DNA of 64,000 nucleotides from Chrysomallon squamiferum (GCA_012295275.1 CM022679.1:14756001-14820000), one strand, 5' to 3'; counted from the first letter of the stretch, positions 41,333 through 56,156 are shown. The notes: a model not told the origin generated them from the sequence alone. Made by a program: numbers and translations.

Positions 41333-42299
41333 AATGAAATGGTAAAGCAATCATTTTTCTTCTTTTTTTTTTTTTTTTTTTTTCGTTTTTAAATATAATA
41401 ATAATAATAATAACAACAAAAGTAATAATAATAAATCTTTGGTATTAATTGAATAACTTTTCAACATCCAGTATCGATTAAGTTAAAACGTTTTCTGTCA
41501 GATGTGATTATTCTTGTCTAACACTGCAGATTACATCTTCGCTCATAATGATGAGCTTTGAAAAATTGGGGCCATTATGTAGTAACATACATTGTACGTA
41601 CTGCCTCATAACTGACATTTTTTGACCTGTGAGGGTCGTGCTGTAAGCAGTATATTTATTAACAATATGTTTAATTACGTAATTCATTATTTAATTATTC
41701 AGAAACTATCATAATAATTAATCTTTTAGGATTCGAAAGAAGAGCAGTTACTTAATTATTTAGCAACGTATCTAGCAACCTACCTCTAGTCGATATAACT
41801 GTTTTTCGCGATAAGCGACGTGCCAAATCTTAGAATTATTTCTGACCTGTTATACATTTAATCGAAATGAAACTAAACTTTAATAAATAAATAAATAAAT
41901 GTAATAATGTAAGTAAACTAATTTTAAAAAGAATTAAAATAAGGAGGAAAAAACAGCAAACAAAAGAAACATATATATATATAGATAGATAACAAATGAA
42001 GAAAAAAAAAAAAGTTTATACCGGAAAATAAAATTTAAGTGGGAAAAAAAAGAAAAAAAAAACGAAAGAAAAAAAGAAAAAGGCTCAAATGGATTTGAAG
42101 ACAGGTTTACTGCTTCAACAAAAGGTATCGGGTTTCAGTACGGCAGTGACATTTGTGCAAACTAAGAAACCAGTGATAAATTACGTCAGAGAGTAAAACC
42201 AGTTGTGACTAAAACAGTGCGGTGGATCTTAGTGGGAATGTACGTGTTTTCGTCGCTAACCTATCCCGTTTTAACTCACCGATGTCTTATCGTAATGCT

Positions 42300-42775
42300 A
42301 TTTTCTTTCTTTCTTTTTCGTACAGTTGTTTTCTTTCTTTTTCTTTCTTTCTCTCTTTTTAGTACAATTGTTTTCTTTCTTTTTCTTTCTCTTTTGAGTA
42401 CAGTTTCTTTCTTTTTCTTTTTGGTACAATTATTTTCTTTCTTAGTACAATTATTTTCTTTCTTTTCAGTACAATTATTTTCTTTCTTTCATTCTTTCTT
42501 TATAAGACAATTAATTTCTTTCTTTTTACTATAATTAGTATCTTTCATTCTTTCTCTATAATACAGTTATTTTCTTTCATTCTTTCTTTTTAATGCAGTT
42601 ATTTTCTTTTTAATACAATTATTTTCTTTCTTTCATTCTTTATAATACAACTATTTTCTATCTTTCATTTTTTAATACAATTATTTTCTTTCTTTCATTC
42701 TTTATAATACAATTATTTTCTATCTTTCATTTTTTAATACATTTATTTTCTGTCATTCTTTCTTCTTTCGTTTTG
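42300..42775. repeat. Degenerate pyrimidine-rich minisatellite (TACAATTATTTTCTTTCTTTCATT-like units)
   Basis: More than 12 imperfect copies of (G/A)TACAATTATTTTCTTTC. This explains the Phe/Leu-rich ORF 42205-42534. Confidence 0.85.
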
Positions 42776-43678
42776 GTACACGTATTTGTTACGTAGTCAA
42801 ACAATCGGCGCGATATGTTAAATTCAGTACCACAGCCAGATTCTTTAAACCGTACACAGTTCCTTACGATTAATTTCTTCACACGAATTAACCCATTAAT
42901 TTGAGAAATTCTTGTGGATACCTTGACAAATATTAAATATTTAATCCTAATTCAATTCAGAATCACAAATTCTATATATTAATCAGCATTTGTTAAATAG
43001 GTCTCTAAGATTTAAATTAATACAATCAAAATTTAAAGTATCATTTAGACTAATTTGATAGATTTGAATATTTCATCATTTTTGACTATTATTATGATAC
43101 ACACATACACGTACAAACACACACATACACACGTATACAACGTATACATTTTTGTTTAATAAACTTTAAATAACGTTGCAAGCTTTAAATTACAGCAAGT
43201 GAACCATCTTAAAACTATTTTAAGTCAAATAATTTTATTATTATAATGCGTTATAGTACAGGAAAAAGAAAATGTCGGTCACAACAACAAATGTCTTGTA
43301 TCTTAAGAAATAAAATATTGATAACCAAATTGATGTTCTTGTAGATAAAAAAACCCAGTGGTTTCCTGCTTTGTGAAGTTGTATGTTCAAATACTTCTAC
43401 AATAACGACAAAACGTCTTAATTTCGTTTGAACTCTTCATAAGTAGAAAATAATTGAATATTCGTTTCCTTCTTTTAATTTAACAAGAAGGTTGCAAACT
43501 GCCTGATTGAAGATTAAAAACGTATCGGTATTTGTGGCACATTTTTCATTTGACTTCAAAGCCAGCCAACATCTTACATTTTATGATAGTACATTCGTGA
43601 GAGAGAGGGATAGAAAATAATACATAAATAAATAAATAAATGAAAACAGATATATAATTATTATAAGCAGTCTCTCGA

Positions 43679-46435
43679 TTACATCGTTGATAATTCAAGT
43701 TCGTCCAGTCTAGAAAGAATATCTTGGTATCTTTTGTTCCACCTAATGTATCTGCACGACCTCATCTCAAGGACGAGACTGGAAACATCTAGAAGATCCT
43801 TGTCGTAAATCGGCTTCTTTTTGCCGTGGTCACACTTTTGGTTCCAGGACATACCACGCGTTACAAACGGAGACCGGTAGTTCAAGTGGTCGTCTCGACG
43901 CCAGGACCATTTTCTCTTGGAAACACTGTTACTGACCGAGCTACTCTGCTCAGTCTTCGTGGACTGGAGGGATTTCTCTTTCCACTGGTTCAGTGCACGT
44001 AGAAGTTTAGCCTTCCTTCGTTTCATTTTTCTCTCCGCGATCTGAATTTTTATTTCTTTCGCAGGAATATTGATATCTTTCAGCAAAGATCTGAGATCAA
44101 TGGCTTCTCCATTTTTCAGTGTCGAGTCATCCAAGCTGTGTCGTCTGGGCATGTCGTCCTTGACGATTATAATTTCGGTCGGTTTCATTTTCACTGAGTC
44201 TGTTTTTGTAATCGTTTTCATACTGAGTTGAAGTTTTATTTCAGCAACAAGTCCCTTTTTCAAAATATCTGATTTACCTCTGGAAGTTTGTTTATATCTG
44301 GAATTATTTCCTCGGTGACCTCCATGCTTCGAAGCGTTAGCCGAGGTGCACTTTCTTTTCCGTTTGATCTTTAAAGACGGAGACAAGATTATGTGGAAAT
44401 CTTTTGGGCGAGATGGTCCAGGGTCGCTTGGTCGCCTAGCTCTGTCCAGCCGGGGCAGCGTTAAGGAAAACATGGCAAATTCGTTGTAGTCTTGTGATAT
44501 TTGGTTCAGTTCTCTTTCAAATCTGCTGATTTTCTCTTCTAATTGTTCTTCCACTGGGGGCTGCTTCTCTGCAACTTTATCACGACGGCTTAAAGTTTTG
44601 TTTCTTTCAAAAGGAGAATACATTTTGTCCCTCTCCTTCTTCACATTTTGCGTTTTCGTTTTCTGCGTCCTCAGTTTTCGTTTACGTTCCCTCGATTTGA
44701 GAAGAACGTTTGTAAAATGCTGAGCAAAAACAACCACGAAGACGATTTGCCGAAATCTTCGTTTTCCTTTCAGCGGTTTTCTCGATTTCTGGAACTGACT
44801 GTATTTCTTCAGTTTAAGTCTTAATGCTCGAATTTCTGTCAGAGTCAATTCGGGTGTAATGGATTGCCTGCTCTCAGATTCACTTCCATTTCTGGCATAT
44901 CGTTGCTCCTTCAAAGTTTCCATTGATTGTTTTCTCCATCTTTCGTCTGTCCGACAGTTCTGAAATATCATTGCTTCTGAAGCAGAAGTGATTGCTCCCA
45001 GATTATTTTGTTGGGCACGATGAAAATCTTCTGAAGTAAACTGGACTGAATAATCACTGGGACTGAATACAGCGTTAACTGACAATTGAAACATAGCTTC
45101 TTCATAGCTTAATTTCTTTGTGTCTGAGCTATGAGATTCAAATTCTTCTAAGATGATATTGTTATCTTCTCTATAAGAGTAAGGTAGCTGAGTCATTTCG
45201 CGGTTTTGTTGAACGGTTTTGCAGGTGTCGTTCGACAGACTGGATTCGTATTCTCCCCTGAGCTTGCTAAAAAGAGAGTTCTTGTGTATCATGTCACTAC
45301 TGTAACCGAACGTGTCCCTGTCGCTGTACTGCAGTTCGTCTTCAAGGCTACATGGTTTCATACCGTCATTAACACCTTTTCTCAGCTTCAGTTCTTTCTG
45401 GAAGTTTTCGTACCAGGTCTTCTCGATGTTGTCGGCGTACTTCTGACGCACGTCGTAACACCCGTAGGTTTTCTTGACCTCGCACGGGCTGGACCACACT
45501 GCAGGTAAACCTGACACTGCTATTCCATTCCTGTCATCCAAGTTTCTCGGGGACGTCCCTTTCACTGCTGAAAGGCCGTTTGTTTTACGTTTATCATTTG
45601 ACAAAACCTGCTCGTCCGACAGTGAGAATTCTTCAGTTTTGTTTGCAGGCAGTTTCTTCGTTCCTGGGGTTTTACTGCTTACGAATATATCTGGAAATGT
45701 GTTCATGTTAGCACGAACATAAGGTGGTACGATGTTTTCAGAATGTCTCTGGACAGCTTCTTCCCACTGATCGACAGGAAATTCGTCGACAACTTCAGTA
45801 GTACTTTGATTTTTGGCTTTCCATTCAAGAGAAACATTGTTTACTTTGGTATGATATAATGACTCTGAATACCTGCGTTTGTCTAGCTTTGTCGGTCTAC
45901 GTTCCATTACACTTTTCCTTCTTTGTGTGCCATGTGAGTTAATATCCTTGACGTAATTTTCAGTTTTTTCAATCAGGGAAGTATTTCTAAACAGATTGTT
46001 AATGTTTGGCGCTGTATACACGATCTTGTCTCTTGACATCTGAGGAAATCTGTCGCTTAGCGCTGCCTCGAAATGACCTGATCCTTTTGGTAAAACGAAG
46101 TTCTTGGTTTCACGAACTATGCTAATTATACCTAGAGTGCTCTTCTTGTTGGAATCTTGACGAACTGGCTCTTTGAATAATCTGTGGATGCGCCTCTTTT
46201 CGATTACTATTCGTTCATTATCTACCAGCCCTTCACAGAAAATGTTTTCTAATAGCTGATCTTTGTCGTCCACTTTTCTTTGAAAGTCTAGCTTGTCGGG
46301 CGACCTGAAAGAGACTGTTGCGCGTTTCTGAAAATAATCCTGGTTGCACAGCAGAACTCCAGACTCTTGCAAAGACTTCCCACTGTTGAAGTCGAAATCT
46401 GAACAGACGGTAACTGTCGACATCCGTCGAGACAT
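43679..46435 (-). CDS. Uncharacterised 918-aa, largely disordered basic protein (single coding exon)
   Basis: 2.76-kb stop-free ORF with coding-like GC in AT-rich flanks. K/R/S/E-rich with short coiled segments, one amphipathic motif (KRRFRQIVFVVVFAQHF) and a C-terminal LEMRSCRYIRW. No catalytic domain recognised. Confidence 0.85.
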   Translation of the reverse strand: MSRRMSTVTVCSDFDFNSGKSLQESGVLLCNQDYFQKRATVSFRSPDKLDFQRKVDDKDQLLENIFCEGLVDNERIVIEKRRIHRLFKEPVRQDSNKKSTLGIISIVRETKNFVLPKGSGHFEAALSDRFPQMSRDKIVYTAPNINNLFRNTSLIEKTENYVKDINSHGTQRRKSVMERRPTKLDKRRYSESLYHTKVNNVSLEWKAKNQSTTEVVDEFPVDQWEEAVQRHSENIVPPYVRANMNTFPDIFVSSKTPGTKKLPANKTEEFSLSDEQVLSNDKRKTNGLSAVKGTSPRNLDDRNGIAVSGLPAVWSSPCEVKKTYGCYDVRQKYADNIEKTWYENFQKELKLRKGVNDGMKPCSLEDELQYSDRDTFGYSSDMIHKNSLFSKLRGEYESSLSNDTCKTVQQNREMTQLPYSYREDNNIILEEFESHSSDTKKLSYEEAMFQLSVNAVFSPSDYSVQFTSEDFHRAQQNNLGAITSASEAMIFQNCRTDERWRKQSMETLKEQRYARNGSESESRQSITPELTLTEIRALRLKLKKYSQFQKSRKPLKGKRRFRQIVFVVVFAQHFTNVLLKSRERKRKLRTQKTKTQNVKKERDKMYSPFERNKTLSRRDKVAEKQPPVEEQLEEKISRFERELNQISQDYNEFAMFSLTLPRLDRARRPSDPGPSRPKDFHIILSPSLKIKRKRKCTSANASKHGGHRGNNSRYKQTSRGKSDILKKGLVAEIKLQLSMKTITKTDSVKMKPTEIIIVKDDMPRRHSLDDSTLKNGEAIDLRSLLKDINIPAKEIKIQIAERKMKRRKAKLLRALNQWKEKSLQSTKTEQSSSVSNSVSKRKWSWRRDDHLNYRSPFVTRGMSWNQKCDHGKKKPIYDKDLLDVSSLVLEMRSCRYIRWNKRYQDILSRLDELELSTM

Positions 46436-47620
46436 GATTGATGTATTTTCCTATTTTTAATTTATTTTCTTCAGTTAAATACCGTTAGATAAGTCCGAAT
46501 GATATTCACATTCATTAGATCAAATTAGGTTTCCTTAGCCGTCTTTTGTGGGTTTTTAGAATTTCCTTCTTCTTTTCCGCATTTATTAACTGAGCAGTAG
46601 TTTTACCGTTCCATGGCCAGAGGCAGACTATGAAATGAAAATGGATTACAGAAAATGTAGCAGACACGAGGTGATGTTAGCATATTCGCCCCGAGTTAGA
46701 GGCGGAATAACGAGTAAGTTTATCGCAGTATCTAGCGCCTAGGACTGGCTGATGTACCGTGTAAGTGACTGCTTTAAAATACTGTGATACTCTGAATGGG
46801 AAGTAAAAGTGGAATAAACTACTCTGGTGTTTTCTTAAAAGAAAAATAAACAAATCCAACAATTCTAAGTGGGTTAAAAAACCATGTTTGTAAATTTGTA
46901 GTCGTTGAATCTGTCGGCACACAAACAAACAAATATGCACGCCAGAAAGAAAATGAATATGTTATGTAGTCTTTAACTTTTTTGTTATTCATGTCTTTCA
47001 TATTATTTATTAATTTAATTTAATTTAATTTAATATATTTTATTTCATTTTACTTATTTATTTTTGTATTGTTATTATTATTTTTACTGTTGTTCTCGAT
47101 AAAGATTCATTTTTCTTTTCTAATGAAACCTATTTTTCACATAATGTTCTGAAATCACTGGTCCATTCACATGCATATTTATGTAAGTTAGCATTTATTT
47201 ATCTTCAACGTGTATTTATCTATACATTTCTACTACTTCTAGTACTGTTACTACTACAATTTTTTTTTTTAAATGTATTTATTTAAATTCTATGGGACAC
47301 ATCTTGACACACTATATATCGCAGTCATAAATCTTTCACCTGTATTTTCACATGCAACTTACATATCACAGTCAAAAACAACTCTTTTACATGCGACAGT
47401 TACGATTTGTATCAATGGTTATAGCAACTGTCAAACAAATAAACTTTGACATTTTCACAACAATCAGTCATCATTCATGCATACATACCTCCACTAAAGG
47501 TTCGCGTGTTTGTTTTAGGCACATAATTGGGTTATCCGTTCATAACTGCATTAGTGCTAGTTAAAAGTCAAGTGAGAACTGGTGCTGGTACTAGCATGTG
47601 ATCTCAGTAACTATCAGTCT

Positions 47621-47672
<52 letters not shown>

Positions 47673-50600
47673 TAATAATAATCATAATCATAATAATAAA
47701 TATAATAATAATAATAATAATAATCATAGTAGTAACAGTAGTAGTAGTAGTTGTAGCAGCAACAGCAGTAGTAGTAATAATAACGTATAATATATACAAG
47801 AAGAAAAATGTATATATTATTATTGTTATAGTTATAGTTTTAATTTTATCTTCAACCCGAGTACCTGGCAGTTCATGACAGACGTTACAATAGGAACACA
47901 CTGGATTGTTTTAGACGTAGATATATCTGTGACGCGAGTTAAGGGTGGGTCAAAACATGAGAACTAAAACGTGATATAAACACATTTTTAAAATACACTA
48001 CATGCTACATTATCTGTTTCTTTATTCTTAGATAAATACAACACTAAAAATATATCTTACATGAATTACTTGTATTGAAAAGATACCATTTTTTTCTTGA
48101 TTTTATACATATTGTGGATACTGCTAACAGAAAAAGAATACAGGAAAAAATAATAACATATGGTTTGTATCATGCAAAATGTTATCAAACTAAATTTTTG
48201 AAGTCTTTGTTGTATTTTTTTTCAGTGATGCTACCAGATGATATAATACATTCAGAACAAGTTAGATTTTAATCCATACAAGATAACCCTGTGATAATAA
48301 TCTAGTGTGCATTCAGTTTCTATTATTATTTACATGCACACACCCATAAATACATATTTTATTATTAAACTTTTCACACAAACCTGGTTTTGAGCAATTT
48401 CAAAATATATTTTTGAATAAAAAGTATAAACCCATTTAGGTTTTATATGCATGTAAAATAAATAATTTATATTTCAGTTTCAAAATTGAAATAATTTTTG
48501 TTAATTGAAATCAGAAAGTATAAATGAATTCAACAAAGTTAAAATTATTTTTATAACGTATATCACACAAACACACACACACACACACACACATATAACT
48601 AAAAAAACAGTTATTAATGCAACTCTGTAAGTATGGATGCTGTACTGAATTTGAACCCTGTCACTGTGGTGACACACAAGTTGTTGTATTATTTTCAGTG
48701 AACATTCCTGACATTTCTTTAATGCTACAAAACTGCACAGTTGAAACAGCAGTGTCGCACTATGTATATATACATGTAAACAATGTTTTGTGTGTCGACA
48801 AGTTTGTACTTACAAAATAAATTCTGTTTATTATTTCATACCTAAAATTCTTTTATAAGCTTTTTTAATAAAAAATAAATGAAAAAAGAAATCCAGGGTT
48901 TCTTTATGCTAACAATATGGAAATAAAATAAAAATTTACTAAAAGAAGAAAATAAATTCAGTTTTATTTCAGTTTGGTAGCATCTTTATTTACACAAAGT
49001 AATTAACCTAATGACAGTTTTTGTAATAAAGAATTTATATTTTCAAAAAGAACTATTAAATATATTTGAAAAACAAACAAATAAATAAATAAATAAAAAT
49101 AATTAATAAAATAAAATAAATATAATAATAAAAAATAAACTTCACAAACATGTATTAAATTATTGTGGCTAAATCATTGTTCTTGTCATTTTAACAAATA
49201 TTCAAACAAGTTTTTGTGCATTCTATTTGTGCATTCTTAATACCACAAACAAACAAGTTTTTACTCACACAGAACACAAACACAACTACTCTGGACTTTA
49301 TTCTGATAATAATTTTTCAAGATGAAACAAATGCACATACATATCAGCATAATTTTAAATATAGAAAATATATATGCAATAAATCTTGTTTTATCCAAGA
49401 TGCTAGTGTGTTATCCACTAAGTGACTCAGCTGAAATTAGAAATATGTAAAACATTCTAATCATTATTTTTATTATTATTCTTTCATTGTTATTCTCTTC
49501 ATAAAATATATATATTTATTTTTTATATTTCAGATCTGAATTTTATAATCATAAGCTGAAACAAAAACTATAATTTTTTATTTTTTAAATGTCAATTTCT
49601 TACAAATTTATAAATTTAGTTATAAATTTTGATTTAAGATTTTATTCTAGCTACTAATACATATTTACTTTTAGACAATAAAGTAATGGTTTTTCAGTTT
49701 TATTTTATCCAGATTTCTTATACAAATTTCATAAATATATTTTACAGAGATCTCATTAAACTAGATAAAAATATTAAATACTTTTCAAATTCTGTATTTT
49801 AAAAAGCATTTTTCAATTTAAAATTAATATTTTCACATCCACATGGTCATGCATAAAGATAAACATGTAGTCTAAACAGAAATCTTTTATTAAAACAAAT
49901 AAAAACAAATCTTTAACTTAGGCACAATGAACAGAACAGCAAAATGTTGTAAGTAGATTACAATTCAAATAAAACAAATGTTTAAGGGCTGGTTACAGAT
50001 TCTGATTTTAAAATTTTAAAATTGTCTTTTTTTCAATTTTCTCATTTCTGGATGGTGAGAGTACTATTTGTCTGTTGCCAGTGAATAAACAGGTGAATCA
50101 GAATTTTATTTCCAATATGTGTTTATACCAAAATGAAGTCTCAAATTTATTTATCTGCATTGCATATGTGGTACTATTTCACAGATATCTGAAAGTGTTT
50201 TTGTCAGAATTTATTACAAGTTTGATTACACTATAATCTGTATGTACAGCTTTCCAGTTTCAACTGTCCATGACCATTTGTCAGTTTGTTAAGAACTCTG
50301 TATGTGATGTTCCTGCCAACTATGTTACGTCAACCATTAAACCAACCATTCCACAATAACTTTTTTATTAACAAATATGAGGCAGACAACATTTTTCTCA
50401 TTACTAGTCAACACCAGACAGATGAACAACACTCTACCCAAGAACAAGAAAGAAAGACTGGCAACCTTTTGACAGTTTGATGATATAATTGTCAGGGACA
50501 ATTTTCACACTCCAACCTGCCTTTAAAATAATCACCAATAACAAGACTAATACAAAACAAATAAAAATATATAACAATTAAGGGAAGCAACTCTGGTTTA

Positions 50601-50904
50601 GGAAATTAGCAATAAAATAATGAATAAAAAATAGAAAAGAAAAGAAAAAAGTGAACTATTCTTTTCTTTTCTTTTTAAAAAGAAGTCTTTAGAAAACAAA
50701 ATAAAAGCACAATCTGAATAATTCTAGATAATGAGTTCTGTTGTAAAGATAGTGATGTTCACTAATAACAGGTATTTGATTTGTAACACATTCAAATTTT
50801 ATTTTGAATTTGTTAAGTGTTTGTAATTCCAAACTGAAAGTACTGTTCACATCAAATAAAAACAAAGAATTCACTGTAAACATGAACAATTCCAGAAAAC
50901 ATGT

Positions 50905-53900
50905 TCACCTGCGCCTGTTACCACTACCTGCCAGCATCATGGCAATTCGAATGAATATGTTGAAAGCATCCAAGTAGATTCCAATACATCTGAAAATATT
51001 AAATAAATAAAGGAATGAAAAATATACAGAATAAAATAAAAATACAAATAATAAAAGATTAAATAAAAATACCATTATAATAAACTAAGATAAAATATGG
51101 AAATTCAAATAATACAAAATAAACAGGCAACAAGAATTAAAACAGCAAAAGCAAATTCTATTTAATGTTAGAGAAATGAAACATGTAATCCTTCCCCAAA
51201 ATGAATAGAGTATAAACATCATAGACGCATATATGCAGTGGAAAAAATACATTGATTTATATGGGTATATTTTCAATATATAACCTCATATTTAAATAAA
51301 AAGCCAAATATACACGCCACTAGAAAAATGACAAAATACATTAATATATTTTAACCTTCTGCTTATCTCACAAAAATACAGTCCAGTAGAGAAACATATT
51401 TAGCAATCTATCAAAACCCTTTCACTTGCAAAACTCTTGTTGTCAGTATAAGCAGACCTTTTTTATTCAGAGTTTTTAAACTTTTTGTAATATTCAAACA
51501 AAATTATTATTATGGTTATAGATGTGACTGTGAAACTCACGCATTGATTGGATCGAAAGGCTTGACCGCGTATGTTGGGTATGTCTCTGCGTGTTTGATA
51601 ATCTTCTGAGTGTCGTACAGAAGGAACAGACTGAAGAGAACAAGTCCACCGTATATTGAAATGGAATACAGGCCAGCTCCCAGTGCACCTGTCGGAGGCA
51701 GGAACATTCCTCCTGCATTTGAAAAAGGTGTGTGAGTTAAACATTAAGACACATAGTTGTGAACTGGAACTTCAAAAACTAGAATATATACATATTGGTA
51801 TTATGTAATAATTTGTGATATCCATTTTTATAGACAATAATCTTTACAAATGAATATAAAGAAAGTTCGATATATATGTTTAACCTGAGAATTTTAAATA
51901 AACAAAAATAATAACAGTAATAATAATAATAATATAATAATAACTAAACAACCAAAATAGTATTAGCAGTAGTATTAATGATATTATTAAAAATACCAGT
52001 GTCAATAACATTCATTAACGTCATTTTTTAAAATTACCCTGTATGTACTGACAAAACACATCTGCAACTTCAAAGTCAATCTGGAAATAACCTTTTATTT
52101 CATTTGTTAGTCTCTGTCACAGTCTGTGACAGAAATTGTGAAAGAAATAACTCACCCAGAGATGATGCAAAAACTACACCCAGTCCAATGGCGAGCGGTC
52201 CACCCATGTTGAGGAACTTTTCACTGGGTGCACAGACAGCCACAGTGGACAGAGCTTAAAACAGAAATGAAAAAAACAAACAAAGCTGTTTATTAGACTA
52301 ATGATATGACAATCCCTAATTAACTTTAGTAAAATATTAGCAGCTTTAATTATTCAAGTTATTACTGTGCTTTTGGATTATTCAGTTTCATGTGTGTGTG
52401 ATTAAATGATGTAAATCCATTTTATATACTTCCTGATTATTTTGTTTAGTTATCAGGCTTTGCGACAACAAAAAATATTAAGAAAGTATAGAATCTAAAT
52501 TATAACATCACTTCTAAATTATTTCCCTTTGAGATGTGTAATCCTGATATAGTAATTATAATCTTGTGTTATTCACCATAGCTTCAGAACCAGAAAGAAA
52601 AATATGATTTTATTTTTATTATATATAGGTTCTTTCAAATAATCTTATACAAATACAACACATTTTCGTCGCTGACTATAAAATATCAGTAATATAATCA
52701 AAGTATTTTTTTTTCAGTTTAATTCATGTACTTCAAATTTTTTTTTTTTTTAACATAAAGTTGTAAAAAACTGATTCAGAATATGTAATAGATAATATAA
52801 TGCAATGTCATAATTAATATAACATTATCATTATTACATTGTCATATTTTATATCTAGAGACAGAGCAGTAGATATAGAGGACAGAAAATGTATTTTACC
52901 TCCAACAAGTCCAGCTGTGTACCAGGCAGCTCGGATGAGAATAGGACCTCCAAGCATAGCAATGGGTGCAACAACAGCACCCATCACACCAACATGAGCC
53001 AACCAGGCCATCTGCTTAGCTCCAAAACCTTCATGGTATGGAACTGACCGACACACCATTCCAGTACCAATCATAGCCGCAAAGGAAACACCAATAGACT
53101 GAATAAAACACGACAAGAGAATAAATAAACGTGAAACTTGTCCAATAATTGTACTGATTATAAGATAATCTGGAAAACCAGTTCTTCCTCTTGAATATGT
53201 TTAGTGACTGCTACAGAGATCATTGTTATAACTTTCCTTCTGTCTACATTATAACAGAATCTCTGATCATCTTATCACATTTTTGTACATCTAGAATATC
53301 ATCTTCCACTATCATTTTTCAAATGTTTGCAGTTAGAAGGCAATACATCCTAAGTAGTGAAAAGGATAAAATTCTGCATAACAATTTTGAAAAGATAAAA
53401 CAGTTTAATATTAACATCTTTTGATATGATGAAAACAAGTAAAACTGAATTACAAAATACTAGAAAAAAAAAAATAATAATAATAAAGAACAAGATTGAA
53501 AATAATTAAAAGGATATTGAACTGGTCAGAAAACAAATATTAAGAATAGCCAAAGGGAGGGATGTGAATAATATCTGCATTTTTCTAAGGAAATGAATAA
53601 ATAAACACTGACCAGCCATGAACTCCTCATCATCATATTCATCAGTGCAGGTGTCCTCACCACGGCGACAGCACTGAGTGCTGACACTACAATGCTGCTG
53701 CCGAAATACATGTAGGTAGCCCGGATCCTTCGCCGCACTTCTTCTGGCCACATCCTGTAAATGTGAATCAAACAGTCATACTGAAAATACTAAACAATAT
53801 ATATAACAATGGGACAATTTGTGTTAACTTTTACTCAAACTTGAATCAAACTAATTATCTAAATGTTAACAAGCACAGTACGTACACATATATAGAAAAC

Positions 53901-54958
53901 CAGATTAACAGACATAGAAAGGTAGTTTAAGTTTCCTGATGTAAGCATAGACAAACTGTCAATTGTGTGCAAATTCAAGTATTTTGGGACAGAAAAAAAA
54001 AAAAAGCATCTGAGCAAGTGCAACTTTATTAGTCTATATTATCAGAAAAATGTATTTCTTACAGAGAAACAATGAAAATTCTTAAGTACCTAATTTTTTC
54101 TATTTTTTACCATTAATCAGAAAGATAACAATCACTGAGAGTGCTTAAAATGGTATTACATTATTAAACTAAGTAATCTGCTGTCCTTTGAAAATTGCTA
54201 ATCCATATAATATTATCAATGGCTACATTAGCACAATAATGAAATGTGTTAATCACTGCAGAGATGTAAACTATGTTGATATAACAGAAACAAATAAAAG
54301 AAAAACTTACACAGATCTGTCGATAGCTCCCACTTCATTAGACAAGCCAAGTCCATAATAACAAAGACCCCCAAGTCCTATTAATGAAGCTCCAGCCACA
54401 AAACCACGGCCAATGTTGAAAGCTATCAAGAAAAAAACACTATTGCCTAATAATAATAACAATGTGTTTATTAGATTATACATTTCTGTAAACATGTATT
54501 TAAAAAAATTGATGCTCCTGTTCTCAATTTGCTGTATAGGGAGAAAGTTCTATGTAAACCACAACTTCCCATTTAGAAACACAGTGAAATAATATCTGAA
54601 GAAATTAAAAAATAAAACTTGAAAAATAATTTTTGAAAAGATGAAACTGATGACAGTATTATCTGTTTTTGAATACTACGTTTTAATTATTTCTATTTAA
54701 TATTCAAGAACTGACTTCTGTACTGTAAAATAATACACCACAATACTTACCTCCAGTACCTGCTGGAGCCATCATTTTCTCCTTCAGTGTTGGAGTGCGG
54801 GCACGTCTTCGAAATGCTGTCCTTGTTTCTGAGGCATACAGCTGTATACGTGTAGTACGACATGACTGACACAGATCAGGAATCTTTGGTGCTCTCAGTG
54901 TTGTCACAAATGTTGTGAGTGGCACTCGGCCACTAAGAGCCAGGCGTGATGCCAGCAT
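50905..54958 (-). CDS. GHITM: Growth hormone-inducible transmembrane protein (GHITM/MICS1/TMBIM5, Bax inhibitor-1 family), ~338 aa
   Basis: Seven coding exons with consistent phases: 54751-54958, 54311-54422, 53613-53754, 52900-53098, 52156-52254, 51541-51712, 50905-50989 (1017 nt). Arg-rich mitochondrial presequence. Motifs GLGGLCYYGLGLS, WPEEVRRRIRATYMYF, RAAWYTAGLVG, CAPSEKFLNMGGPL, YGGLVLFSLFLLYDTQKI, FDPINACIGIYLDAFNIFIRIA. UTR acceptor at 54998-54999. Confidence 0.97.
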
Positions 54959-55042
54959 TGTTGATGTTGTAATACAGATGTGGTTTTTTTTTTAAATCTA
55001 CAAATAAAAAGTATTTAATATGATTTTAAAGCAAGCAGTTAA

Positions 55043-55099
<57 letters not shown>

Positions 55100-55841
55100 C
55101 CACTTGTCTTTAGTTCAAATTAAATCATATTAAATGCCAGGAGACTTTAAAATATTTCTAATAAATATTTTCAAATTTAAGTGAAAAAAAACAACAACAC
55201 ACACGCACACAAACACTAACACAAATTTAAAATAATTCGTTTCAGAATAATAGTTTTCTCACAGATCTCAGTTGACACTAATATTTTCTTTTATTAAATT
55301 ATTATTTACATTAGTTACTTCTGACATTCAGTATCAGTGTTATTTCTGCATAACAATGTAAAATTTTACATTTTTGTATTTAAACTTTTAATATATTCAA
55401 TGCTTAGAAAATTCTGGAACGTTTGTCACTCGGTCTCGGACACAAGTTGTTTAAATAACGAAGACGTTTCAAGCTTTGAGGTTATACGTGGATGATGAAG
55501 CCATAACAGCTTTTCGAAATAAACTAAAAATAATAATTAAAAAGAAAAAAATTAAATCAAACCTTTACTTCGAGCTGCAACTATTGCAACAGACTGTTCT
55601 TCGAAAAAATACGCAATTTGCAAGAACTTTTGTGATGAAATTCAAAAACGGAAGTCAACAGACTTTTCAGAGACTTAAAAGAGCATGCGCAATATATTTT
55701 ATTATTATTTGTTTTTTCTCCTTCGTTCCGTGTCGCACCAACATGCCGTTTCTTTCTCATCATAAGAAAAAGGACGTAATTATTTTATCAGATTTTTTTC
55801 TGTAGTACAATATCAAAATGTACTTGTATGTTAATATATAC

Positions 55842-55911
<70 letters not shown>

Positions 55912-56064
55912 CTAGTTAAGAATACGGTTTTCATCAGTTTTAGTTATTACAGTTTTTATGGAAATTTCATAGCAAAAATTCTGTAGCTTAATAAAAGTAT
56001 TTTCATTCAAGAATAATTTCTGTATGTCTTTCCCTTCATTCGCATTTGCTCTTTATCTGTCTCT

Positions 56065-56095
<31 letters not shown>

Positions 56096-56156
56096 CATTA
56101 TTTCTATTTCATTCAGTCTGTCTCTATGTATTTACACATAAATAAATAAATAAATA

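Noticed and set aside
40243-45722. Short ORFs overlapping the 454-aa and 918-aa genes in other frames or strands (also 24619-24822, 31625-31843)
   Set aside because: They are shadow ORFs of real GC-richer coding sequence.
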